Assembly: GCA_043815665.1 (NCBI GenBank)
Contig: JBDRIT010000025.1
Span: 145,490 to 209,489 of the forward strand
Length of the DNA stretch: 64,000 nucleotides
Direction of reading: 5' to 3'
From: Pseudomonadota bacterium
GTDB lineage: Bacteria; Myxococcota_A; UBA9042; CAIXZC01
The notes under the pieces: generated by a model
Databases searched by the model: none
What the model was told of the DNA's origin: nothing
Seen by the model: the letters and a program-made list of their open reading frames with translations, nothing else
In this document: positions 9,187-18,558 of the stretch, piece by piece
Numbering within the stretch: position 1 is the stretch's first letter
How the letters are laid out: each line of letters opens with the position of its first letter
Translations under genes and position numbers: made by a program

Positions 9187-11919
9187 ATGAGCCGCTTCCC
9201 CCTCCTGACCCTCCTGTTCCTCTCCCTGGCCGCGCCCGCGCAGGGCGCCTGGACCGTGCAGCACTCGATCTGGGGAGACGGCAACACCCTGACTGGCATT
9301 GCTGCCGGGAGCGGGCTCGTCGCCGCGGCGGCGGGGGCGATCAGCGACGGCATGGGCAGCAGCAAGGCGGCGGTCTTCTCCACCACCGACGGCGGCCAGA
9401 CCTGGACCGAGACCGGCCTGGGCGGCCAGCTCGAGTTCATCTTCCACCTGGACCTCGCCAACGAGAAGATCGGCTTCGGCGGCGGCCTCGGGTTCTTCAA
9501 GACCACCGACGGCGGGAAGAGCTGGTCCAGCGTCACCCTCCCGGGCGCGGGCTTCATGACCGCGGTCAGCGCGGTCCAGGTCCTGGACCCGGCCAAGGTC
9601 TTCGTGGGCATGGAGAGCAAGCTGGTCCGGACCCTCAACACCATCAACTGGGAGGCCACGGACACGGGCATCGACTTCGGCATCCTGGACCTGCACTTCA
9701 TCGACAAGGACACCGGCTGGATCGTGGGCGGCGAGGTCGACGAGCAGGAGGGTGACCCACCGGTAAGGACCGTCCTGCCCAATGGCACGATCCTGCGCAC
9801 CAACGACGGGGGCGTGAGCTTCGCGCCCCTGGTGGGCGGCGCCGAAGAGGTCTACTCCGGGGTCACCTTCGTCTCCATGAACATCGGGATCCTGGTGGGC
9901 TACGACAAGGACTTCCGGTACTTCGTCCGGCGCACTACCGATGGCGGCGACTCCTGGACCAACGTGGAGCTGCCCCCCCACCCCTCCGGAAGCGACATCA
10001 TCGCCCTCTCCCCGCCGGAGATGATCAACATGGGCCAGGGCTGGATCGTGGGCGGCGCCGGGGTGCCCGAGGGCGGCATGGGCAACAAGCCCGTCTTCCT
10101 CCACACCTGGGACGGCGGCCTCTCCTGGGAGCACGACACGTCCTACGACGGCGGCGGCGGCACCCTGTTCGCCGTCTCCTTCCATGACGAGCACCGCGGC
10201 TGGGCCTGCGGCGACGGGGGCCTGATCATCGGCTGGAACGACGGCACGCCCTACATCCCACCGGAGCCGGAGCCTGACGCGGGGGTGATCCCCGGCCAGG
10301 ACGCCGCGGGGCCGGACCCCGACGTCTGGACCTGGGGCAAGGTCCTGGGCTCCTTCGACGACGAGGGCAACGTGGGCGCGGGCGGCGGAGAGGGCCCCGG
10401 GGATCCGGTCGACGACGTGCCCGCTGGAGTGGACGGCGGCGGCGGTGGCGCCAACTGCGACACCGTGACCGAGGCCACCGGCGGCTGCAGCGCGACCACC
10501 GCCCCGGCGGCATCCGGTGGGGTCCTGATCCTCCTGGCCCTCGCCGCGCTCGGCCTCCTCGTGCCCCGGCGCGGCGCCCTCCTGGCCCTGCTGGTGCTCC
10601 TCACCGCCTGCGGCGAGCAGACCCTGGAGCGGACCGTCTGCGCAGACACCACGGGGCCCCGGTGGGAGGAGATCGCGACCCTCCCGGACCTCGGTGACCC
10701 GACGGTGAAACCCGCGGGCTGGGGCTGCACCCTCTCCACCTCCGAGGCCCTCCCGGAGCTCGTCGCCACGACCGCCCGCACCGCGGGCTTGGGCGGCGCG
10801 ATCGCCTTCGTCCGCGCCGGGGAAGCCGGCGGCAGCGACCTCTGGCTCACGTCAGCGGAGGGCGAGGAGGTCCGCCTCACCTGGTTCGACGATCCCTCGG
10901 TGGAGGTCCGCGACCCGGCCTGGTCACCGGACCGCAGCCACCTGGTCTTTGCCTCGGACTTCCGCGCAGGGATGACCGAGACCCGCTGGAACCTCTTCGT
11001 CACCCGGGTGGACGGCAAGGGCTGCTGGCAGGTGACCCCGGCGGCGGAGGCGGTCTGCGTCCTCGACGGGGCGGACCTGGACGCCACCCTCACGGGCAAC
11101 TTCCAGATCAGCGTCGCAGGCATCGGCGCGGCCCTGGAGGGCGCGACGGTGGGGTTCCCCGGCGCGCCGGCCCTCGGCGTCACGGGCCCCGGCGGCGCGT
11201 TCAGCGTCGACGTCCCCTCGGGCGAGGGCCAGCTGGTGTTCGAGGGCTGGAAGGGCGAGACCTTCTACCGCACCGTGCTCACCTACCAGGTCGACCCGGG
11301 GAGCGCCAACAACCTCGGGCCCGTCGCTGCCACGGAGCAGCCCCTCGCGGTGCGCCTGGCGCGCCCGGTGTGGACAGCGGACTCGGGCCGGCTCATCGTC
11401 CTCCGCAGTGAGGAGGTCGCGGACTCCCTCTGGACGGTCCCCCTGGACGGGAGCCCCTGGGAGACCTGGTACGCCCCTGCGGCCTTCGCCCCCCGCTGGG
11501 TCTCTCCCTTCCCCGACGGCAGCTACCTCGCCCTGGTCCAGTCCGACGACACCCACGAGATCCACCTGGTGGACTTCGCCGAGCCCGACGACCCGGTCTA
11601 CACCGCGTTCACCGCGGACCTCGACGCAGCCCTCGGCGGCGCGGTCTCCCCCCTGAACTTCATCGCAGTGGTCATGGACGGCCGCCCCTGGATCTTCGGC
11701 GCCGATCCCGCCGGCGACCTCACCAGCCGCCCCGTCGGCCCCGACAACCTCGCGGTCGTCCCGGATCAGATCGACTGGTCCCCGGACAACACCCGCCTCG
11801 TGGTCACCATCAACTCCGCCGCCGGCCCCAACCTCGTGATCATCGACGCCAACGCGGGGACCCTCCGGACCCTGACCACCGACGGCCGATCATCGATGCC
11901 CGCGTGGTTCGGCAGGTAG
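9187..11919 (+). CDS. Fusion ORF. A BNR/Ycf48-like beta-propeller secreted protein with an internal MYXO-CTERM-like motif (ends ~10560) is joined in-frame to a lipoprotein with TolB/PD40-like and carboxypeptidase-regulatory-like regions (from GTG 10561)
   Basis: acggaggttcccATG start. Signal peptide MSRFPLLTLLFLSLAAPAQGA. Repeated T[TN]DGG[QKVD][ST][WF] BNR-like motifs. Internal CSATTAPAASGGVLILLALAALGLLVPRRG is immediately followed by ALLALLVLLTACGEQ (lipobox), with no stop codon between them. Confidence 0.6.
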   Translation: MSRFPLLTLLFLSLAAPAQGAWTVQHSIWGDGNTLTGIAAGSGLVAAAAGAISDGMGSSKAAVFSTTDGGQTWTETGLGGQLEFIFHLDLANEKIGFGGGLGFFKTTDGGKSWSSVTLPGAGFMTAVSAVQVLDPAKVFVGMESKLVRTLNTINWEATDTGIDFGILDLHFIDKDTGWIVGGEVDEQEGDPPVRTVLPNGTILRTNDGGVSFAPLVGGAEEVYSGVTFVSMNIGILVGYDKDFRYFVRRTTDGGDSWTNVELPPHPSGSDIIALSPPEMINMGQGWIVGGAGVPEGGMGNKPVFLHTWDGGLSWEHDTSYDGGGGTLFAVSFHDEHRGWACGDGGLIIGWNDGTPYIPPEPEPDAGVIPGQDAAGPDPDVWTWGKVLGSFDDEGNVGAGGGEGPGDPVDDVPAGVDGGGGGANCDTVTEATGGCSATTAPAASGGVLILLALAALGLLVPRRGALLALLVLLTACGEQTLERTVCADTTGPRWEEIATLPDLGDPTVKPAGWGCTLSTSEALPELVATTARTAGLGGAIAFVRAGEAGGSDLWLTSAEGEEVRLTWFDDPSVEVRDPAWSPDRSHLVFASDFRAGMTETRWNLFVTRVDGKGCWQVTPAAEAVCVLDGADLDATLTGNFQISVAGIGAALEGATVGFPGAPALGVTGPGGAFSVDVPSGEGQLVFEGWKGETFYRTVLTYQVDPGSANNLGPVAATEQPLAVRLARPVWTADSGRLIVLRSEEVADSLWTVPLDGSPWETWYAPAAFAPRWVSPFPDGSYLALVQSDDTHEIHLVDFAEPDDPVYTAFTADLDAALGGAVSPLNFIAVVMDGRPWIFGADPAGDLTSRPVGPDNLAVVPDQIDWSPDNTRLVVTINSAAGPNLVIIDANAGTLRTLTTDGRSSMPAWFGR

Positions 11920-11927
11920 GGACCGGA

Positions 11928-13865
11928 TCACTGGCAGTCGATCTCGAACAGGGCGCAGATGTTGTCGTGGAGCGCGGTGACCAGCTCCAGGTCATCGACA
12001 ATGGCCTCGTCGGGCGTGCTCAACGCAAGCTGGATCCCGCTGCAGAAGATCTGCGCTTCGTAGAGCTCGTCGAACGCGGCGCCGTGATCCGGGGCGTCGC
12101 CGTGGACGATCTCGCAGGCCTTCTGGATCGCGAGGCCGATGCGGAGGATGCAGAAGTTCCGCTGCATGATGGGCCCGCTGAAATAGTTCAACGGACCCTC
12201 GCCGTCCTCGGCGAAGTAGCTCAGAGAACCCATCGTGACTACCTTGGTGGCGGACTCGGTGCTGCCGTCGCTGATCACGTCGTAGCTGTAATGGATCGTG
12301 GCGAAGTCGATGGCCTGCCAGCTCGCGAAGACGTCGGGGAAGAGGCTCTTGATCTTGACCATGAGGAGCCCGTTCTTCTTGGACGCGAAGAGGGTCGCCG
12401 CGGCCTTCTCCGCATCCGTGGGGTCGGGGCCCGGGTCCCCGGGGTTCACGGGCTTGTCGGGATCGGTGATCGAATATGCGGGATCCGGTGCGAGGATCTT
12501 CACCTCGCCGGTCACCGCGTCCACGCTCCAGTCGTAGCCGTAGATCTCCTCGACCGCGAAGCCCTGGGGCAGGGAGAAGGAGATCTTCAGGTTCTCCGCG
12601 ACGGGGGTCATGAGGTACTCGATCTCGTGGATGAACACGTCCATGAGCTTGGCCGCGTCCTGGATGAAGTAGAAGTTCCCGCCGCCCTGGTTGGCCAGCT
12701 CGTACATCAGCTCCTGGTTGAAGTCCAGGCCCACCCCGATGGTGGTGATGCCGATGCCCTTCTGGTTGTACTCTGCGGACTTCGCCACGATGACGTCGGT
12801 GTCGTCCACCCCCGCGGTCACCACGCCGTCGGAGAGGAGCATGACCCGGTAGAGCGCGTCGGCGTCCGCATAGGCCTCCTTGTGGTTCTCCGCGAGCTCG
12901 TAGCCCATGACCATCCCGGCGAAGAGGTTGGTGGAGCCCTGGGTGGCGATGGACGAGATGAAGTCGGCGATCATCGGCTTGGACTCCGCGACCGTCGCCT
13001 GGAAGCCCATGAGGATCTCGGCGTCGTTGGAGTACGTGACGATCGCGAGGCGGTCGTTGTCGTCCATCTTGTCCAGGAGCAGCAACAGGCCGCTGCGCAC
13101 CATCGCGATCTTCCCGTCGGCGTTCATGCTGTCCGACTCGTCCACCACGACCACCAGGTTGAAGGACTTCTCCTCGATCTCCTGGGGGGAGATCCCGGAG
13201 TTCAGGCCGATCTGCATCGCGATGAGGGGCTCCTCCACCTGGGGATCATAGAAGAGCCCCAGGAACCCGTGGAGGGTCGCGAACATGTCGTAGTCCGGCG
13301 CAGGCAGGGGGGTGTCGTGCTCGTTGAGGAAGCCCTCGATGGGGAAGAGGTCCGGCGTCGGCACCTCGCCGTTCTTTACGAGGAGCCGGAAATACCCCAC
13401 ATCCTGGGCGCCCCCGGGCTTGAGACCGATGCCCGAGCCCCCGCCGGAGCAGACCCCGCCGCAACCGTCCTCTTCGCCGATCAGCTTCTCCCCACAGTCG
13501 GGGACGCAGTCGCCGGGATCCACGCACTGGCCCCCCTGGCAACTCTGGCTAGCCGAGCACCAGCCGCAGGACCCGCCGCAGCCGTCGGGGCCGCATTGAA
13601 TTCCCCCACAGGAGGGCTCGCAGCTCCCATGGGAGTCTCCCGGGATTCCGACGTCTTCGCCGGGTGCCGTGCTGTCGCTGCTCATGGAGTCCATTGCGCC
13701 GCCGGAATCGTCCGCCGCTGTGACTCCGCTCCCACCGCCACCGCCCCAGAGATCTCCGCTGCCGCTGGTGCAGCCCGCCCCGGACAGGCCCACGAGGCCC
13801 AGCACGACGAGAATTGCCCACAGCGCCCCTGCGCGTTCGACGACGGTGTGCGTGCTCCGGTTCAT
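11928..13865 (-). CDS. von Willebrand factor A (VWA) domain lipoprotein with Cys-rich N-terminal region
   Basis: Lipobox LVGLSGAGC. MIDAS motif DESDSM in VVVDESDSMNADGKI...TYSNDAEIL...GSTNLFAGM...LLSDG. Confidence 0.75.
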   Translation of the reverse strand: MNRSTHTVVERAGALWAILVVLGLVGLSGAGCTSGSGDLWGGGGGSGVTAADDSGGAMDSMSSDSTAPGEDVGIPGDSHGSCEPSCGGIQCGPDGCGGSCGWCSASQSCQGGQCVDPGDCVPDCGEKLIGEEDGCGGVCSGGGSGIGLKPGGAQDVGYFRLLVKNGEVPTPDLFPIEGFLNEHDTPLPAPDYDMFATLHGFLGLFYDPQVEEPLIAMQIGLNSGISPQEIEEKSFNLVVVVDESDSMNADGKIAMVRSGLLLLLDKMDDNDRLAIVTYSNDAEILMGFQATVAESKPMIADFISSIATQGSTNLFAGMVMGYELAENHKEAYADADALYRVMLLSDGVVTAGVDDTDVIVAKSAEYNQKGIGITTIGVGLDFNQELMYELANQGGGNFYFIQDAAKLMDVFIHEIEYLMTPVAENLKISFSLPQGFAVEEIYGYDWSVDAVTGEVKILAPDPAYSITDPDKPVNPGDPGPDPTDAEKAAATLFASKKNGLLMVKIKSLFPDVFASWQAIDFATIHYSYDVISDGSTESATKVVTMGSLSYFAEDGEGPLNYFSGPIMQRNFCILRIGLAIQKACEIVHGDAPDHGAAFDELYEAQIFCSGIQLALSTPDEAIVDDLELVTALHDNICALFEIDCQ

Positions 13866-14203
13866 GATGTCCTCCTCGTTGGTTTTCGCCTTGTCACTGA
13901 CCTCCTGTTACAAGATCCGGGCCAACCCGCCTCGGAATCATCGAGGCCCCGGTTTGTGTGACCTGGCGGCCGGTGGACTCCCCCTGCGGGCGAACCATGT
14001 GTAAATGGTGCCGGGAATTATCTTCCCTTTCGTAAACATCACTCACAGTATTCACCAGCGTCGCCGGACCTCCCCAATGTGCCCGAATCGCCACAACAGC
14101 GGTCCATGGCACTTTTTCACTTCTCCCCCCACCCCCTGGCATCGGGATTGCACTGGAAGTCCAGGCGATCAGACCGAGAAACGACACGACGAGGAGGCGA
14201 GCC

Positions 14204-15748
14204 ATGGGAACCGGATGGACATCACCGCTGCGGCTGCTGGTTGTCTGCGTGTGGGTGGCCGCGCTCGCGGGGTTGGGCGGGTGCGAGTGGGGCGAGGACC
14301 CGGCGCCCGGTGACCCGCCGCCGGACGGCCTGATCGGCGACAGCGACAGCGACACCGACATCAACGGGATCGGCGACGACGACGGAAACGGGGTTGAGAT
14401 CCCCGACTTCGGCGATCCTGCTGCGCCGTTGTTCACCGACGCGGCTCTGAGCCCCGACGGGAGGTTTCTCCTCGTCCAGGTCGGAGCGGAGCCCTGCCTC
14501 ACCGTGGCGGATCTCCAGGAGGGGACGGCAGACAAGCCCGCGGGCCTCTGCGGGATCCGCTGGATCGGCTTCGCGCCGGACGGCATCGTCGCGTACCTGC
14601 TCCTCGCGTCGGGGACCACCCTGGCGACCCTGCAGCTCTCGGACCTGTCCGTGAGCGCCGAGGTGCAGACCACTGGAGAGTACACGGTGCTGGACGTCTC
14701 CCCCGACGGCGCGACGGTGGCGCTCTCCAACGTCCCCACCACCCTCTGGACCGAGACCCAGTACGAGTGGAACACCGACGACCCGGGGATGCGGCGGCTG
14801 GCCACCCTGCGGCCGGGGACGGGGACGGTGGCGGAGCTGAGCACGCCCTTCGCGCTCCGGGACGTGGCCTTCTCCCCGGTGGACGGCGTCATCCTCGGGG
14901 TCAGCTCCCGCTGGAAGAACGATGGCTGGCCCGAGGCCCAGGTCTACTGGATCGACCCGGTCACCGGGGTCATCGAGGACCAGATCGCCTTCCTGAACTG
15001 TGCAGACGAGCTGGCCCTCCAGCCCGGGGGCATCCTGGCGCTCCTCTCCCCGAACCAGTGCATGGTCCACCCCGTGGTCCTGCCCCCGCCCCCGGAGGTG
15101 GAGGAGTGGCCCTCGACCCCGGAGGAGGAGTGGGAGGACTGGGAGGACTGGGACGACGGTGACCCGGTGTCCGTGATCGACCTGGAGACGAGGACCTTCG
15201 AGGGCAACCTCCCGGGCTTCGGCCCCCTGGCCTTCAGCCCCGACGGCGAGACCGCGGTGGCCTTCTCCCGCCGGGAGACCCTCATGACCCAATGGAACGT
15301 CTTCCAGCAGAGCTTCGTGGGCCTGGTCTTCATCCGCATGGCCGACCTCTACTGGAGCGTCCTCGAGTACGGCGACGACGAGCCCGATTATTTCTTCGAG
15401 CCGTCGGGAGCCCACCTCTACCTGCACGACCGGGAGCCCGGCCAGGACCGCATCGTCCGCCTGGACCTCGCCACAGAGGCCATGGCCGTCCTCGAGGGCC
15501 CCCCGACCCACCTCGACGGCCACACCCTCGCCCCGGACGGCGCCATGATCTACGTCATCGCCGGGGGCCAGCTCCGCCGGGTCCCCGTCGGTGGCGCCGC
15601 AATCGAGGCGATGCCCCTCCCCTTCACCCCCTCCCAGGTCTTCGCGAGGCCCCAGGGTGACGCGCTGGTAGTGACCGAGGCGGAGAACGCTTCGGTGTAT
15701 CTTGTGGATCCCGTGGAGGGGGAGGTGCTGTCGAGTATCGAACTCTAG
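14204..15748 (+). CDS. Hypothetical lipoprotein (probable beta-propeller)
   Basis: gaggaggcgagccATG. Lipobox LAALAGLGGC. An acidic WEDWEDWDDGD insert. No catalytic motifs recognised. Confidence 0.6.
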   Translation: MGTGWTSPLRLLVVCVWVAALAGLGGCEWGEDPAPGDPPPDGLIGDSDSDTDINGIGDDDGNGVEIPDFGDPAAPLFTDAALSPDGRFLLVQVGAEPCLTVADLQEGTADKPAGLCGIRWIGFAPDGIVAYLLLASGTTLATLQLSDLSVSAEVQTTGEYTVLDVSPDGATVALSNVPTTLWTETQYEWNTDDPGMRRLATLRPGTGTVAELSTPFALRDVAFSPVDGVILGVSSRWKNDGWPEAQVYWIDPVTGVIEDQIAFLNCADELALQPGGILALLSPNQCMVHPVVLPPPPEVEEWPSTPEEEWEDWEDWDDGDPVSVIDLETRTFEGNLPGFGPLAFSPDGETAVAFSRRETLMTQWNVFQQSFVGLVFIRMADLYWSVLEYGDDEPDYFFEPSGAHLYLHDREPGQDRIVRLDLATEAMAVLEGPPTHLDGHTLAPDGAMIYVIAGGQLRRVPVGGAAIEAMPLPFTPSQVFARPQGDALVVTEAENASVYLVDPVEGEVLSSIEL

Positions 15749-15863
15749 CGAAGCTTCGCCTCAAACCGACGAGAGGAGATTCACGAACAGTCGTCGATTT
15801 GCGGCTGCACAGCGACAGCCACGGACGATCCCAGCCGGGGACCAAGCCCGAAGGGCGCAGGAG

Positions 15864-15958
15864 GCGACCCGGATTCACCTCCTCCGTCCCCGAGCGCTGG
15901 CCTCCGTCCCTGAGCGCTGGCCAGCAGCGCGGGAATCCGGGTCGCAGGCTCCCCGGCT
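15864..15958. repeat. REP-like element, degenerate copy. A 13-bp stem (gcgacccggattc / gaatccgggtcgc) encloses a 2x21-nt tandem repeat. 15929-15958 is the exact reverse complement of 59457-59486 and a direct match to 59505-59534
   Basis: Direct sequence comparison between two convergent intergenic regions. Confidence 0.5.
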
Positions 15959-16171
15959 AGGATCGGCGTGGTGTTGGGCAAAGGGCTGGCACTGGGCGAA
16001 GGGCGACGCCGCGCCGGGCGGTGCTGTGGTGGTCGCTGGTGAGGTCGGGTGACAAGCGAAGCGGTCTCGGGACGGGAGTCGCACTTTCGTGCGGCGACCA
16101 GACCGGGATGGCACCCGGCCCGCCAGCGGCCGCCACAGCCCGCCCGGGGCCAGGAGCCCTGAGCTCCGTGC

Positions 16172-17065
16172 TTAGAAGTAGATCGTCGCGCCGGCCATGA
16201 ACTGGGCGCCGATGTTCCACTGGTCATTCGTGTCCAGGGTCGACAGCCCGTTGCAGTACCCGGCCTTGCCGCCGATGGTCTGGATGCACTCCCGCTCGAT
16301 GGACGACTGGGAGCCGAGGTTCTTGAAGAGCCCCAGGAGCCGTGCGTCTGCGGTGAGGCCGAACCAGTCAGTGATCTTGATCTCGAGCCCCGCGCCGAGC
16401 TGGCCGGCGAACTGGACCGTGTCGTACCGGAAGCCGCCGGCGTACTCCAGCTTGGTGAAGTGGGCGCCGAGGCCGGCCAGGACGTGCGGCCTGAAGCGGC
16501 TGCCTGGGAAGAACTGGTAGTACGCGCTGAGCATGAGCGGGAAGGTGGTCTGGACCACCTCGGTGCCGTCACCCCCACGCAGCCAGTCCAGGCCCAGCTC
16601 CAGGCCCCAGTGCTCCGAGACCTTGCCGCGGAACTGGATCCCCAGGCCCCCCATGGTGGGGTTCTCCACCGTGGCGAGGTTGAGCATCTCCCCCTGCACC
16701 GTCGCGGCGACGACGCGGAGGGCCACGCCCAGGCGCTGGGTCTCGTCGGTGTCCCGGACGACGGTCCGGCGCTCACGGCGATGGACGACCACGGTCTCGT
16801 GCGCAGGCACCACCACGGGCTGGTGGACGACCACCGTGTGGCGCACCACCGGGCGGTACCGACGGACCGGGACGTAGCGCCGCACCGGGGCATACCCGTG
16901 GTGTCCGACGACCTTCTTCTTCATGACCTTCTTGTGCTGCTTGACCAGGATCTTTGCCGCCTGACCGTCCCCGTCCTGGCCTCCCGCAGGAGCCGCGCGG
17001 AGACCGACGGGGGCCACCAGCAGGAGGGCCGCCAGGGTGCAGATCATCGTGCGCTTCGTCTTCAT
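16172..17065 (-). CDS. Outer-membrane beta-barrel protein with basic Val/Arg/His-rich N-terminal region
   Basis: aagaggaggtcggagATG. Signal peptide MKTKRTMICTLAALLLVAPVGLRAAPA. C-terminal ...GATIYF (terminal Phe). The track ORF's upstream 55 codons are discarded. Confidence 0.7.
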   Translation of the reverse strand: MKTKRTMICTLAALLLVAPVGLRAAPAGGQDGDGQAAKILVKQHKKVMKKKVVGHHGYAPVRRYVPVRRYRPVVRHTVVVHQPVVVPAHETVVVHRRERRTVVRDTDETQRLGVALRVVAATVQGEMLNLATVENPTMGGLGIQFRGKVSEHWGLELGLDWLRGGDGTEVVQTTFPLMLSAYYQFFPGSRFRPHVLAGLGAHFTKLEYAGGFRYDTVQFAGQLGAGLEIKITDWFGLTADARLLGLFKNLGSQSSIERECIQTIGGKAGYCNGLSTLDTNDQWNIGAQFMAGATIYF

Positions 17066-17135
17066 CTCCGACCTCCTCTTTCGCTTGTCAAGATGGCGTG
17101 GTCTTGCCATCATGGCGGGTCCAGACGAGGGGGTA

Positions 17136-17966
17136 ATGATGCTATTCATTGACCGGGCGTTCGGGTGGCTCAAGGAACACCTGGACACCATCGACGAGGA
17201 GTACATCGAGAAGAAGAAGGAGCCGAGCACCGCGCGCCTGCTCGGGGTCGTCTACTTCTCCGCGATGATGCTCCTGCTCCTCAACTACATCGTCATCAAC
17301 TACCAGAACCAGCTCGACCTCGCGAACTGGATCGTCGGCCTGGTGGGGACCGTGGCGGGCCCCGAGGCGGAGGCCACCTGGTCCTTCCACCTCCCCCTGA
17401 TCATGAAGGGAACCTGGAGCCTCGGCTGCATCTTCTTCTACCTGGTCCTGCCCGGGCTCTACACGAAGTTCGTGCTGAAGCGCAAGCTCTCGGACTATGG
17501 CATCTCTCCCAGGGGCTTCCTCCGGCACCTGCCCATCTACGTCGTCCTGTTCCTGCCCGTGCTGGCGTGCGTGTACGTGGTGTCCTTCCGGCCGGAGTTC
17601 CTGCAGACCTACCCCTTCTACCACTTCCCCGCGTCCATCGAGCACCTGCTCCTCTGGGAGCTGATGTACGGGGTCCAGTTCTTCAGCCTGGAGTTCTTCT
17701 TCCGGGGCTTCTTCATGGCGGAGTGGCGGGAACGCATCGGCTGGCGCGCCGTGCTGATCATGGTGATCCCCTACTGCATGATCCACTTCCCCAAGCCCGG
17801 GCTCGAGGCCGCCGGCGCGATCATCGCCGGGTCGGTCCTGGGTGTCCTCGCGCTGCGGACCCGGTCGATCTGGGGCGGCGTCGCCATCCACGTCACCGTG
17901 GCGTGGACCATGGACCTCATGTCCCTGTGGCAGAGAGGCTGGTTCAAGGTGCTCGGAGGGGAGTAG
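17136..17966 (+). CDS. CPBP family intramembrane glutamic endopeptidase (CAAX protease/Abi-like)
   Basis: Multiple TM helices. EExxxR-like LEFFFRGF and a conserved His (HVTVAW). Start at ATGATG, preceded by gaggggg. Confidence 0.75.
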   Translation: MMLFIDRAFGWLKEHLDTIDEEYIEKKKEPSTARLLGVVYFSAMMLLLLNYIVINYQNQLDLANWIVGLVGTVAGPEAEATWSFHLPLIMKGTWSLGCIFFYLVLPGLYTKFVLKRKLSDYGISPRGFLRHLPIYVVLFLPVLACVYVVSFRPEFLQTYPFYHFPASIEHLLLWELMYGVQFFSLEFFFRGFFMAEWRERIGWRAVLIMVIPYCMIHFPKPGLEAAGAIIAGSVLGVLALRTRSIWGGVAIHVTVAWTMDLMSLWQRGWFKVLGGE

Positions 17967-17972
17967 CGGGGT

Positions 17973-18536
17973 TCAGCCGGCGAAGCTGTAGTCCTCGACC
18001 TTCGGGCCCCGGCGCAGAACGAAGTAGCTCACGAAGACCCGCCACTTCGGACCCACCGCGGCGTAGGCCTTCCCGAGATAGAGATCCTTGTCGTCGGGGT
18101 AGACCCGGACCAGGTAGTCCCGCAGGGGGCCCGGGTTCCAGACGGGGTTGCGCGGCGTGTCGTAGTTGATCAGCACCGCGTTGGGGTAGAGGTCGTCCAC
18201 CTCGTCGTCCCGCACCGGGTAGACCCGGAAGAACGAGTGGCGATGCACGGCGCCGCCCTTCACCACCTGCTCCCAATGCTCCGTCACGCCGCCGGGAGCG
18301 ATGGTGACGTTGTACCCGCCGATCTCGCCGGCCCCCGCCTTGGGGTCCTGGAAGAAGCCCTTCTGGAACCGGCGGATGCCGAGGAGCGGGGTCAGGTCGA
18401 GGGTGTTGAAGCCGTCGAACTCGAAGCCGACGAGGTCGTCGAACTCCGGCAGGCTGCCCTGGAGAAAGATCTTCTCCAGCGCATCGTTGCCCAGTGTGCA
18501 GATCTCAGCGTAGCCATAGCGCGGGTTGTTCTTCAT
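17973..18536 (-). CDS. Hypothetical protein (187 aa), co-transcribed downstream of the epimerase
   Basis: ORF with coding-like codon usage 22 nt after the epimerase stop. No domain recognised. Confidence 0.5.
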   Translation of the reverse strand: MKNNPRYGYAEICTLGNDALEKIFLQGSLPEFDDLVGFEFDGFNTLDLTPLLGIRRFQKGFFQDPKAGAGEIGGYNVTIAPGGVTEHWEQVVKGGAVHRHSFFRVYPVRDDEVDDLYPNAVLINYDTPRNPVWNPGPLRDYLVRVYPDDKDLYLGKAYAAVGPKWRVFVSYFVLRRGPKVEDYSFAG

Positions 18537-18558
18537 GATGATCTCCTCTCCTCGGGTC

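Noticed and set aside
15880-15921. 2x21-nt tandem repeat (cctccgtccccgagcgctggc)2 as an independent regulatory site
   Set aside because: It lies inside the loop of the degenerate REP-like element and is better explained as part of that element.
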